62,014 bases of DNA, filler included, from Sanchytrium tribonematis (GCA_018985235.1; 7 parts of 7 records of this genome joined end to end with filler, not necessarily neighbours in it), one strand, 5' to 3'. Shown: positions 1-9,711, counted from the whole stretch's first letter. Notes: generated from the letters alone by a model not told the origin. Translations and numbers: made by a program.

Positions 1-263
1 ATTTGATTGAAAATCATGAGAAATATACTCAATTTATAGTCAATATCGTGTGTTTGGTGCTATTGATTATTATTTCACCCATTTTCATTCATTTATTGAT
101 GAACTATAAGAGATATTTACATGATTTAGAAATGGAGGGATCTACGAGGAGTATTACGGCAGAAATCAGTCCATTAACAGATATGAGTCATAGAGAGAGT
201 ATTAGTAGCAGCAATAAGAGTAGTAACAAGAGCATAGGGAGTAAAAATAGAAAGAATTCATGA
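1..263 (+). CDS. 3' fragment of a hypothetical membrane protein (5' end outside window)
   Basis: Open frame from the window edge with one hydrophobic stretch (FIVNIVCLVLLIIISPIFIHLLM) and a Ser/Lys-rich tail; stop followed by AATAAA. Confidence 0.45.
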   Translation, partial: LIENHEKYTQFIVNIVCLVLLIIISPIFIHLLMNYKRYLHDLEMEGSTRSITAEISPLTDMSHRESISSSNKSSNKSIGSKNRKNS

Positions 264-289
264 AATAAACATGTTTCATCTTTTATTGA

Positions 290-1762
290 TTAAATCACCA
301 ATTCGTGTTCACTGGCAGAATCACTAAAATTAAAAGTGAAATTGTTTTCTAGTTTCTTTCTCATTGGAATATACAATAGACCGCATATCAATAATGCGCC
401 TAAACTAACTAATGAAGAAATGAGATTATCTCCTAAAAGTGGAAATATCAATAAAAAGACACTAGCAAGTAACACGACAATAGCACAGATTAAATTGACT
501 TTAAATGGTCTTAATAGATAGGGTTCTTGATATCTAATGATTAATAATCCCAAAATAGTCAATCCATAAAAGATCCACATGGGATAACTGACCAGTTGAA
601 TAAAGAATTCAAATGCGTTACCAGATACTGGCATATTGATGAGTAATAAAGTGAAGAATAGATTGAGTAATAATGCATTCACAGGGGATTTAAAAGTAGG
701 GCTTACTTTTCTTAATATTTTATCAAATGGGATAATGCCATTTTGAGCAGCAGAATGAAGTAGACGGGATGAACTGAATATGGTCGCATCTGCAGCACCA
801 TAACAACTTAAAAATACGAGGATGGGGGTGACTTTGTTTCCAACGACATCCCCAAAGACTCTGACGCCGTAAAGAGATGCTATCATATCTTCACTTTCAA
901 GGATCAAATCATATGGTAATACAGTATAATAGAATATATTGCATATAAAATAGCTGATGCTGACCATGGAGACGCCAATAAACACAGATTTAGGGAAATC
1001 ATTTTTTGGATTTTTCATTTCTCCTATTGCGTAATTCAAATTATTCCATCCGTCAAATACCCATAGCAAATTGAATAGAGCAGATGCATATTTAGACATG
1101 TCAGTGGTGTAATTACTGAATAATTTGGAAGAATCAAAATAAACTTGTTCATTTGCGTATCCCATAAATGCAGCTATCCCGCCCAAGCAGAGACCCAATA
1201 ATATAATAAATTTGACATATGTGAGTATACTTTGCACTTTTAATGCTAAATCAACCTTGTAAATGTTGATTATTGTCATTAAAATCACAATAATGTTAGC
1301 AGCAATTTGAATTGAAAAATCTTCTCCGTTGTCCACATTAATGATATTAAAGGATGCTAATCCGTGTACTAGGTTCTTTGCACCTGTCATGACAATAGCT
1401 GCAATTTGACCAGGTCTAATTAATACAATGCAACTCACGCAAAAGACAAATGCCACAAAATGTTTTGGTTTTCTAAATGCATACGCCAGATACGTCTGTT
1501 CTCCTCCACTTCTTGGGAATATCATACCCCATTCTACATAACAAGCAGCTGCAAACATGGCAATAAGACCAGCTACTGCCCACATAATCAATGCAACGCC
1601 AATGGATTCAACATCACGTAATATCAGACTAGGCGTCCCAAATATACCAGATCCGATCATAGTACCTGCGACCATGGCAATACCACTGGCCATTGTCATG
1701 GTTGGAATCATTTCGTCATCAACTTTCATTGTGTTTGATCGGGTCCCTCTTTTTAGAAACAC
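290..1762 (-). CDS. APC-superfamily amino acid permease (LAT / Mup1-like)
   Basis: GTMIGSGIF, EWGMIFPRSGGEQTYL and FDGWNNLNYAIGEMKNP motifs; about 12 TM segments. Confidence 0.9.
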   Translation of the reverse strand: MFLKRGTRSNTMKVDDEMIPTMTMASGIAMVAGTMIGSGIFGTPSLILRDVESIGVALIMWAVAGLIAMFAAACYVEWGMIFPRSGGEQTYLAYAFRKPKHFVAFVFCVSCIVLIRPGQIAAIVMTGAKNLVHGLASFNIINVDNGEDFSIQIAANIIVILMTIINIYKVDLALKVQSILTYVKFIILLGLCLGGIAAFMGYANEQVYFDSSKLFSNYTTDMSKYASALFNLLWVFDGWNNLNYAIGEMKNPKNDFPKSVFIGVSMVSISYFICNIFYYTVLPYDLILESEDMIASLYGVRVFGDVVGNKVTPILVFLSCYGAADATIFSSSRLLHSAAQNGIIPFDKILRKVSPTFKSPVNALLLNLFFTLLLINMPVSGNAFEFFIQLVSYPMWIFYGLTILGLLIIRYQEPYLLRPFKVNLICAIVVLLASVFLLIFPLLGDNLISSLVSLGALLICGLLYIPMRKKLENNFTFNFSDSASEHELVI

Positions 1763-2045
1763 ATTTGATTTGGAAGTACAACAGATCTAAAAGGTTACAA
1801 ATCATTTAAAGGTGTTACGAATGCGTACAGAGTCGTACTTCGGGTTGCACAGTTAATACTACAGCGAGTGATGCACCCATATTGATGTTATTTCGATTGC
1901 AAGTATTTGATGGCATCATTTATGACATGAGATTACAAATATGACTAATAATGGATGGCTATGACGCTACAATGATGTCATTTACAAAGAAATTAGCCAA
2001 AATTGCCTTGATTGTCACCAAATGGAGTAGAAATTTAAAATCTCC

Positions 2046-2735
2046 ATGTTTTTTACATTATTGGCATTTTCATCTCTCGTGGATTTAGCAAACCCACTAT
2101 TAAGAGAAAAGATACTTTTAAAATTACGATTAAACAGTGTAAATCTATTACTGATGCAATATGACACTGGCGATTCACAAGAATCACAACCTATGCAAAA
2201 TATTGAAAGATATTATAGAAAGTTATTTGAGAGTGCTTCAAGAGACGAGTATATTCAATCTAAAATTATCAACTATGAAGCAGCATGGCCTGTTAATTCA
2301 TTAGTTTACTGGGCAGACTATGTCCAAAAAAGATCAGAAAACCATTTTGATGGTTACTTAAGATATAAGATCGATCGGAGAGATATATGCAATTCAGTCA
2401 TCTACTCATTTGACCATTTGGATGCACAATTCACTCAAAAACGGGTCTATTTCACAGTGATGCTCAACATTTATGAATATATCAGAGAATATAATCCCAA
2501 GAGAATACCTGAATTATTGAGGGATTTCGTAATGGTATTCTTTTTTCAGAGACCTAATTCTAGAACTGCACAAGAAAGCGCAATAAGATTACTTGCCTCA
2601 AAATACGAAAAGCCGGAAATTGGAGAAGACGCCATTCAAAATCTCCCAAGTAGGTTTGACGATCCATTCTATCATTATTTTCAATTGAAATCGGTGAGAA
2701 AATGTTATCCTCAAGCAGTTTTACACGTAAAATAA
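2046..2735 (+). CDS. Putative secreted protein, member of an uncharacterised family (paralog of 9712-10806)
   Basis: Short hydrophobic N-terminus (MFFTLLAFSSL). EAAWPVNSLVYWA and IPELLRDFVMVFFFQRP align with EPASPVNILYYAA and APQLLKEFAFVFFMYRP of 9712-10806. Confidence 0.7.
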   Translation: MFFTLLAFSSLVDLANPLLREKILLKLRLNSVNLLLMQYDTGDSQESQPMQNIERYYRKLFESASRDEYIQSKIINYEAAWPVNSLVYWADYVQKRSENHFDGYLRYKIDRRDICNSVIYSFDHLDAQFTQKRVYFTVMLNIYEYIREYNPKRIPELLRDFVMVFFFQRPNSRTAQESAIRLLASKYEKPEIGEDAIQNLPSRFDDPFYHYFQLKSVRKCYPQAVLHVK

Positions 2736-2898
2736 ATGAATAGTGTTTTCTGGTGATTTGCGTACTAAATCTTTGAATTTTCTGGAGCTCTTGAGTTTAT
2801 GATCTGTCGGCTTGACAATTGATTCTTGGGCCCTCATTTTATCGACACGCGTTGTTAACATTTCTGAGAAATGGCCTAGTATCTGAAACAATAGAATA

Positions 2899-3411
2899 AT
2901 GAATTTTTCCCAATTAAAAACCAAAATATTGAATCCGAATGCGTCTTCTAAATCATTTAAACTATTCACATCCATTGGCCTCAGAATCATCTACATCATC
3001 ACAATGTTATTCGGAGTTGTTTGGTTTTTATTTTCCATCTCAAATCTTTATAAATCCATTTTTACCCAAAATGATCCAAATATACACGTCATGGATGTCA
3101 TTTGCTATGCATTATTGGCATTATCCGGCTTATTCCAATTCATTTCTGGTATTTATGGCAATGTATCCACCAAATCAAGAAGTAGAAGAAGACTTAAACC
3201 GTGTTTATACATTAGTATCATCTTAGAAATAGTCTATTTCCCATTATTATGCTTGGGATATGCCTACACAGCTATTCCATTTGTATTCACGCTATTTATC
3301 ATCGCAATCACCAAATTATATTTTAATTGGTTAAATAAAAGATTATTTAGATCTGAAAATAATGCACAGCGTCAATCTACGTGGGATGACACTGCTACAG
3401 TCGTTAATTAA
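2899..3411 (+). CDS. Hypothetical multi-pass (about 4 TM) membrane protein
   Basis: Four hydrophobic segments; stop overlaps an AATAAA; start uncertain. Confidence 0.55.
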   Translation: MNFSQLKTKILNPNASSKSFKLFTSIGLRIIYIITMLFGVVWFLFSISNLYKSIFTQNDPNIHVMDVICYALLALSGLFQFISGIYGNVSTKSRSRRRLKPCLYISIILEIVYFPLLCLGYAYTAIPFVFTLFIIAITKLYFNWLNKRLFRSENNAQRQSTWDDTATVVN

Positions 3412-3423
3412 TAAATAATATTT

Positions 3424-4071
3424 TTATTCTTCCATAGCATTGCAATTCACAGTCTTGGTTCCATCATAATGCGCAATTAATCTGATCTCAGTTTTAGCCA
3501 ATGGCATGCAAAGCATTTTAGCGACTTGACATTGCTCATTTGTCATCTTTTGATTATTACTACACAATGTATATGGTTTCTCTAATACCAATGTACCCAT
3601 TTCTAACTTGACAGGCACTCTTAATTTCTTTAATTGCTCCAACATGGAAGATGGTAATGCTTCTCCGTCATTTCTCTTTAATTCCTTCAATTTAATACTT
3701 TCTGATGCTCTCATTCCTGTTCTAGCATAATCAATAGTCGTATATGCCAATTTAGTTCTCAATTCATCAATAGGCGTATTGGTTAATAAAATACCAACAT
3801 CTCCCTTGACATATTTGAGAATATCCAATATTTTATTCTCTGTAAAGCACTTTTTAGCCATTTTAGACTTGCCAAACATCCAAATACCCTGTACCAATTG
3901 ACGTACCTCTTTTAAATATTGATTTCTTTGATTTTCACAATGTAAAATGTAACAATGTGAATATTCTTTTAATCCTTCTTCCATTTTATAATACATCTTT
4001 TGACGTTGTCCTTTTGTTTTCTTTTGTACTTTACCGGTGGATACGACTTTGTTTCTTTGAGAGACTGGCAT
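3424..4071 (-). CDS. MRT4: Ribosome assembly factor Mrt4 (uL10/P0 paralog)
   Basis: MPVSQRNKVVSTGKVQKK start; NQRNQYLKEVR, MFGKSKM, GDVGILLTN and DYARTG motifs. Confidence 0.88.
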   Translation of the reverse strand: MPVSQRNKVVSTGKVQKKTKGQRQKMYYKMEEGLKEYSHCYILHCENQRNQYLKEVRQLVQGIWMFGKSKMAKKCFTENKILDILKYVKGDVGILLTNTPIDELRTKLAYTTIDYARTGMRASESIKLKELKRNDGEALPSSMLEQLKKLRVPVKLEMGTLVLEKPYTLCSNNQKMTNEQCQVAKMLCMPLAKTEIRLIAHYDGTKTVNCNAMEE

Positions 4072-4191
4072 TTTAAAAGATGTTTGTACCTGGATCTCCT
4101 TTTTTGGAAATCGAAATTACAATTCTGACATATGATCAATTCAAATGAAAAAAGTAATATATCTTATTCAACTCTGCTTTATTACTTCATA

Positions 4192-4536
4192 TCACTCGGT
4201 CTTATAAGTCCGTAACGGGGGAGGCGCTTTGGGCGTCAAATTGTCTAAGAGGGTCATAATTTTCACACAATCATCATCGAAAAGGTCTGTCATAACATTA
4301 ACCACGTTATTTGCAATACATAAATCAGTAGCTCTGCTACAGTAACTCACCGCTACTACAACAGGGTCATTTTCTTCAAGAATTGCCGAAATCAACTCGA
4401 TAATTTTCTTTGTTGTAAAGTTATCAACAGTAATTTCCGGAAGATTAGTACATCTCACTTCCCATATAGTTTCTGGACCTCAGATTCTGTGAACTGCTAG
4501 ATAGAAATCACATTTCCAATTATTTCCCGTTTTCAT
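4192..4536 (-). pseudogene. Hypothetical ORF interrupted by an in-frame TGA at 4480-4482
   Basis: ATG at 4536 is in frame with the 4192-4458 ORF except for one TGA; no 19-nt intron removes it. Confidence 0.3.
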
Positions 4537-4633
4537 TGGGGTTAATCAAAATTCTCACCACAGTTTGCTTAGTCAACTCAAATTAAGAAAGGTGAAAATA
4601 CATAAACACTGCAAATCTATATTTTATTTTTGT

Positions 4634-5011
4634 CTAATCAAAGCTGAGCATTGTTTCAGGAATATAACAATCAGAATAAATCGCAATAAACAATTTTTTA
4701 AAGCTCAAAAGATCCGATGAATCATATCGAAATTCAGCATCCATACATCCATTTCCTTCAATCTTTAAAATATCGCCAGTTGAAAGTCGACTTCTTATCA
4801 AAATATTTATAAGACTGAAAGGAATCTTACTCGAAGTTCCCTTTTTTTCAATGTAGTTGTAGAAATTGTATTTTAAAATGGTGTTCGATTTCAAGTCACC
4901 ATGTAACAATTTCTTAAATTCGTGCAACTGGACTATTTGTTGTAAATTGGGATCATAAACACTAAATTTAAATTGATCGAAGCAAAGCAATGTCAATAAC
5001 AAAATCAACAT
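4634..5011 (-). CDS. Hypothetical protein with signal-peptide-like N-terminus
   Basis: First ATG at 5011 gives MLILLLTLLC; no recognisable domain. Confidence 0.45.
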   Translation of the reverse strand: MLILLLTLLCFDQFKFSVYDPNLQQIVQLHEFKKLLHGDLKSNTILKYNFYNYIEKKGTSSKIPFSLINILIRSRLSTGDILKIEGNGCMDAEFRYDSSDLLSFKKLFIAIYSDCYIPETMLSFD

Positions 5012-5258
5012 GTGAAAAAGAGACACGTTCGCTATTTATTTTGTCTATTTTTACCCCTATGAGTTGACGAATCCAATCACCAAAGTTAGAGAATGACACA
5101 ATCATAGACAATCACATACAATCAGTAATCACCGTGATATGGGGATCAAATTCATTGCCCATTTCAGATGACCCATTTTATGAGATGCAATTTCAAATTG
5201 ATTGGTTGAAACTCAATTAAAATTCAATATAGTCGCGTCTCTTCCTTTGATCTCCATC

Positions 5259-5591
5259 ATGGTCCATACCAATCCAGAAACCAATTCCATCAAATCACTA
5301 GACAATTGGAAATCCAAATTAATTTTTAAATCCAAAAAACGCACTGTGGAATGGATGGATACCACAAATCAATCCAATTTATTAAATATCAATTTAACAA
5401 ACACCATTATTAATTATGAAAACAAATGCATCCAATTAAAACAAGACAATCAAATATTATTGGATGAATTAAAATCATTAAAATCTGAAAATACAAAGAA
5501 ATCTAGTGATTATATTGAATTGGCACATTATACGGCATTATTAGGTACTATATGTGTTTGTATGGGTGTCAAATTATTCAAATGGTTGTAA
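5259..5591 (+). CDS. Small coiled-coil protein with C-terminal membrane anchor
   Basis: Heptad-rich ENKCIQLKQDNQILLDELKSLK followed by the hydrophobic tail TALLGTICVCMGVKLFKWL. Confidence 0.5.
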   Translation: MVHTNPETNSIKSLDNWKSKLIFKSKKRTVEWMDTTNQSNLLNINLTNTIINYENKCIQLKQDNQILLDELKSLKSENTKKSSDYIELAHYTALLGTICVCMGVKLFKWL

Positions 5592-5602
5592 TAACTAGTA
5601 AA

Positions 5603-5702
5603 NNNNNNNNNNNNNNNNNNNNNNNNNNNNNNNNNNNNNNNNNNNNTTAATTAATTAANNNNNNNNNNNNNNNNNNNNNNNNNNNNNNNNNNNNNNNNNN
5701 NN
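5603..5702. other. Artificial contig linker (44 N + TTAATTAATTAA + 44 N)
   Basis: Identical 100-nt six-frame-stop spacer, present six times in the window. Confidence 0.98.
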
Positions 5703-5989
5703 TGACATTTCAGTGCTGAATTGATAGTTGCAATATTTTCATTGCTTAAAATGATTTCAGGTGGCGATATATCTTGGATTAAATTGGCTGTATTTAAATG
5801 GAATCCTTGAGAGAAGCACTCCTTTAGTGTATCTGGCATTTGAACATGGTCCCTAGTACATTCAACAAGTCGTAATAATTTCTCATTATCTAATTGAAAG
5901 TATTCAGGTGGCATATAATTTGCTACTTTGCGCAAATAGTCATCCAACATTTGGACTCGACTGAATACTGTAAATAACGCAAACAACAT
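5703..5989 (-). CDS. 5' part of a putative secreted protein, paralog of 9712-10806 (truncated by contig end)
   Basis: MLFALFTVFS...VANYMPPEY...LVEC...LKECF...PPEIILS aligns with MLIALWTVFG...MANQLPNEY...LVKC...LRSCF...PKEFILS. Confidence 0.75.
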
Positions 5990-6026
5990 GGGGAAAGGCG
6001 CTCTTTTGATTTTAATACAAATCGGG

Positions 6027-6044
6027 GAACACGTGGTTGTACAA
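6027..6044 (-). promoter_or_regulatory. Conserved E-box (CACGTG) element about 41 nt upstream of the 5989 ATG
   Basis: GAACACGTGGTTGTACAA here and GAACACGTGGTTATACAA at 10845-10862, at the same spacing from the paralog ATG. Confidence 0.6.
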
Positions 6045-6122
6045 TAATTATTTTTGAAACAGATATGATCTGAAGGGCCGTAAACCACAAAATAGCTCTA
6101 TGTTGCACAGGAAAGATGTTAG

Positions 6123-6599
6123 CAATATAATGCTGATCATTTCAAATTACTACCAGATGACTGTAAGAACTGTTTTAAAATTTTACTAAAATATTCATTT
6201 TTAAATTATGTTAAACAGCTTCAAGTATTAAAAGCAAAGAAATCAAAAAAACTAGAATTACTAGAAAAGCATCAAGAAACAGAATTTAAAATTATCTCCA
6301 ATATCAAAAGTAATGACCCTTTAACTCAAAGCATACTTACCCTTGTAAAAAAATTTGACTCAGATTTGATTTATATTTCATTTTATGGATTGCTAAAGTC
6401 ACCAAGTTGTTCTATTACTAAACTGGATCTAAAAAAGCATAATTTATTGATGTTTGCAGAGTCAATTGTGCTAAAATTTGATTGTATTAGAAATATAAAA
6501 AGATCTCTGGTATATCGAATATGTGATTGCGTAATAGATATATTACTTTTGTTTGAAAATTTGAAATTTTGTCCTCCTAAATTACGGGTAAAAAAATAA
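6123..6599 (+). pseudogene. Start-less 158-codon reading frame, probably a decayed gene
   Basis: The frame of ORF 6366-6599 stays open back to 6123 (QYNADHFKLLPDDCKNC...). It is preceded by TAG, with no ATG near its 5' end. Confidence 0.4.
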
Positions 6600-6722
6600 A
6601 ATATTGAAATTTATTGCTTTGTTCTTTTTCTTCCACAGTTTCAAACCATATATAAATTCATCATCTTCAATTTTTTCAGCAGATTACAGCAAATTGAAAG
6701 AATTATCATCCATTAATTGTGG

Positions 6723-7097
6723 TTAATTGTTCAACTTTCGTTTTTTAGTTAATACTACATTAATTATCAATACCTTTACTGTTAACTGGAAATTGAATCA
6801 AATGCATGTTATTATTCATTCGACTATCTTCGTCAACATTTGCAGTTGTTTACGTTTACAAATACAACTGAGCCGTCAATAAAACAGCACTCTTTTTTTC
6901 AACCTTTCTACCAAATTTTCAGCTCTACCAGGCCAAATGGTCACGTTGAAATGATGAACATGCTTCTTCACTCCAACAAAATTAATGGACTTAAAACTGA
7001 GCTGCACAACCTGGTTTTCACCACCATCTCGCTTTATGATTGTGCGTAATTGTGGCTCGACATTTAATTTACCATTGACTTGAACAAAAATGACCAT
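6723..7097 (-). pseudogene. Frameshifted SSB-like (OB-fold) gene with a candidate 19-nt intron at 6755-6773
   Basis: VQVNGKLNVEPQLRT...HFNVTIWPGRAENLVERLKK resembles SSB motifs (GxLxxDPELR; FxVxxWGxxAExxxxYLKKG). The frame breaks at an A7 run. The spliced tail reads ...IQFPVNSKVLTKKRKLNN*. Confidence 0.55.
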
Positions 7098-7177
7098 TAA
7101 AGTGAAGGGAGTACTTAAAATTTATAGTTTTTGGATTAATAAATAATTTTGTCGTGATTTTTTGGGACAGGGGTGGG

Positions 7178-9262
7178 ATGACATCAAATCAACAAAACAA
7201 CTATCTCGATGAAGATGAAATAAGACTTTTCCAAGAAAATACTCATAGTTTATCGGCTCGTAAATCATACTTTAGTTCTATTGCAAGATTTGTCGGTTTT
7301 TTGAGTATAAAATATCCAGAATTAGTGAGTAGTGAATTGATTCAGCATTTAGATATAGATTATGAATCCTGTGAAGGTCTAAATGATAATGAGATACTCG
7401 AGTTGACAAGTTACAGCCAACGGTTCTCTAAAAAAGTGCGCATTCATATTGAAAATCTTCAAAATGGATTTCCTGTAAATTTTATTGAGATTTCACCTTC
7501 TTTATTTATTTCTTGGGTTTCTAAGCTCCGTAAATCTGATGGCAGCTATCCGGGGCCTAGTGCATATAATACTCACAAGGTTGCATTCAAATATTTCTTT
7601 TCAATCCACAAAATCAAAATGGATGAAGATTTTGAAAAGCAACTTGATGATTTATTTAAGGGCATGAAACGAACAAATGCGGTCCACACTACACGATCTA
7701 ATACAAGACTTGCTACTGGTAAAGATGCACTTGATTTTGGTGCCTATGAAATCCTTTTAAGAAGTTGGCAAATTCGAGGTACCAGTGATACTGTGTTTGC
7801 GCATACATTCAGCATTTTGTGCTGGAATCTGATGTGTCGCAGCGCTAATTGTGTTACATTGTGCTTTAATCATATACAATGGCAGGGTGACTGCTTGAAA
7901 GTATACTTTGCACACTCAAAAACGGATCAATCAGGAGAAACAATAAGATATCCACGGCATATTTATGCAAATGCACTCAATCCGACTGTGTGTCCTATCC
8001 TATCACTAGCAGTGTATTTAGCATCATTTTCAATTGGAAGTAATCAATCAAAACTGTTTGAGGGAGGTTCACAATATAATAGATTTAGTGGGATTTTGGG
8101 TGATGAAGTTAATAAATTAAAAGCAGATCACAATGAGTTTGTAAATGTGGATTTGGGGACTCACTCATTTCGAAAGGGTGCAAATACGTTTTGTAGCAGT
8201 GGCTCAACAGCCGGACCACAATCTGCAGCTATTAAATTGAGGGGTGGGTGGACTCTTGGAGGATCTCAAGATATTTACACACAATATCAAGAGTCGGGTG
8301 ACCGGTATGTTGGTCGTTTTCTGTCTGGACTGCCCAATTACAATCAGGAGTTTGCAATGTTGCCCCCTGCATTTGATGATATCATTACATCAAATGACAT
8401 TAAAGATTCAATTCAATTTACATTTAGCAATATTCAATCTAGTCAAATTCATCTAGCCGAATACTTACTTGCATCTTTGGTGTATCATAGCGATTATATA
8501 TTTGCTACTTTTGCACAGAACCATTTATTATTTAATAATCCTTTATTCAAGGATCCTGAGAGAATGTCATTTCTAAAAGAACATGTCCATGTTCATAATT
8601 TTTCATCTTCAAGGCTTTCTGCCACTGGTATTCCTCCATTTGCATCCATTTTATATCAGCTATCAGGTCTAAAAACAGCTGTTGACGCTCTGGAACCCAC
8701 TATAAAAGATGTCACTAAAGACACCATAAATGGTATTGTAGAAGAATTAGAACACCGATCTGTTCAGATGAATGTAGTCACTTACGATGGTTTAAATGCT
8801 AGATTGCATGATGTTGTTAATACAGCCATTCGAGCTGCATTAGATGATTCGGGAATAGGCAATAATGCTCAAAATAATGCTACAATAGAACCGGTAGAGC
8901 CCGTAAACAATGGTTATACCATTTATTCTCACAATAACAGGTTGAATATGCTTCCTGAAAATTATAAAATCCCTTCTACAAGTGTACCAAATGTATTGCA
9001 TTTGTTTTATTATGGTGATTTGAGAACAAAGATACCACCATTAAGACTAGTTACACCAGAAGATTTCAACATTAGAAATAACAGAAAGAGATTTAGTGAT
9101 TTGAAAAGGCTAGTGTTTAAAGTAATAGTTCCCAGTGATAATATTCCCTCACTTCAAGTAATTAATGAAAATTGGACCAGTACTATTGAAAGATATCAGA
9201 TTGATATAAACAACCGACGAACAACGCAAATGTCGTGGAGATCTGCAAATAGCTTGATATGA
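7178..9262 (+). CDS. Crypton-type tyrosine recombinase (CryptonS-like)
   Basis: Catalytic set R (WNLMCR), K (HSKTDQ), HxxR (GTHSFRKG), W (RGGW) and Y (QDIY) is intact. PRHIYAN and GDRYVGRFLSGLP blocks match my recollection of oomycete/diatom CryptonS proteins. Confidence 0.85.
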   Translation: MTSNQQNNYLDEDEIRLFQENTHSLSARKSYFSSIARFVGFLSIKYPELVSSELIQHLDIDYESCEGLNDNEILELTSYSQRFSKKVRIHIENLQNGFPVNFIEISPSLFISWVSKLRKSDGSYPGPSAYNTHKVAFKYFFSIHKIKMDEDFEKQLDDLFKGMKRTNAVHTTRSNTRLATGKDALDFGAYEILLRSWQIRGTSDTVFAHTFSILCWNLMCRSANCVTLCFNHIQWQGDCLKVYFAHSKTDQSGETIRYPRHIYANALNPTVCPILSLAVYLASFSIGSNQSKLFEGGSQYNRFSGILGDEVNKLKADHNEFVNVDLGTHSFRKGANTFCSSGSTAGPQSAAIKLRGGWTLGGSQDIYTQYQESGDRYVGRFLSGLPNYNQEFAMLPPAFDDIITSNDIKDSIQFTFSNIQSSQIHLAEYLLASLVYHSDYIFATFAQNHLLFNNPLFKDPERMSFLKEHVHVHNFSSSRLSATGIPPFASILYQLSGLKTAVDALEPTIKDVTKDTINGIVEELEHRSVQMNVVTYDGLNARLHDVVNTAIRAALDDSGIGNNAQNNATIEPVEPVNNGYTIYSHNNRLNMLPENYKIPSTSVPNVLHLFYYGDLRTKIPPLRLVTPEDFNIRNNRKRFSDLKRLVFKVIVPSDNIPSLQVINENWTSTIERYQIDINNRRTTQMSWRSANSLI

Positions 9263-9311
9263 AATTAATAAATATATTTGCAGGATTTGAACTTGATTTA
9301 GTGAGAATTTA

Positions 9312-9550
9312 AGTTAAAAGTTCAATGGGATGCGTTGTCCCAAATTCTGGAAATGTTTTTATTATTTTTACAATTGAGGGGAAAACAGTCACAAAAACAG
9401 TTAAAATAAATGAATTAATTACAGAATATGGGATGATTGGTCCCAATCTCATATAACCATTGGCTATAAAGTCCCAGAAAGTTAATATAAATGAGTTTAT
9501 TTAAATGGTCATTGTTTAATACATTTTTGGGCTATGATTGTCCAACCAAT
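9312..9550 (+). repeat. Degenerate 80-100 bp repeat units containing TGGGA-N7-TCCCA dyads
   Basis: TGGGAtgcgttgTCCCA at 9326-9342 and TGGGAtgattggTCCCA at 9429-9445; AGTTAAAATAAATGAATTAATT (9399) resembles AGTTAATATAAATGAGTTTATT (9480). Confidence 0.55.
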
Positions 9551-9711
9551 TAAACAGCCAAAATGCTATTACGTGGCTGCAAAATTACGTGGCTAGACTG
9601 AGTCATCATGAGCCATCAGAAATATAGATTTTTAGAATGAGGAATAAATTTATTTTGGATTAAAAATCACAATTTGAGACTTTGCTGGATCTAAATTCCT
9701 CTCTTTCCCAG

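Larger units (their letters stand above)
6100..9560 (+). mobile_element. Putative Crypton-like element, boundaries approximate
   Basis: Recombinase ORF, decayed neighbouring ORFs and a repeat-rich non-coding tail lie between two tandem paralogs; termini not determined. Confidence 0.55.

Noticed and set aside
6333..6345. ATACTTACC resembling the U1 snRNA 5' end
   Set aside because: Only a 9-nt match inside an open frame, with no U1 stem-loops or Sm site evident.
6081..6870. Alternative genetic code (TAA/TAG = Gln) suggested by in-frame TAR codons in the decayed ORFs near the recombinase
   Set aside because: Most intact genes end in TAA/TAG at the expected C-terminus, and long ORFs including the YR contain no internal TAR. 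Decay is the simpler explanation.
9427..9431. TATGG as a CryptonS terminus
   Set aside because: A 5-mer is expected by chance, and no matching left terminus or empty site can be established from one copy.
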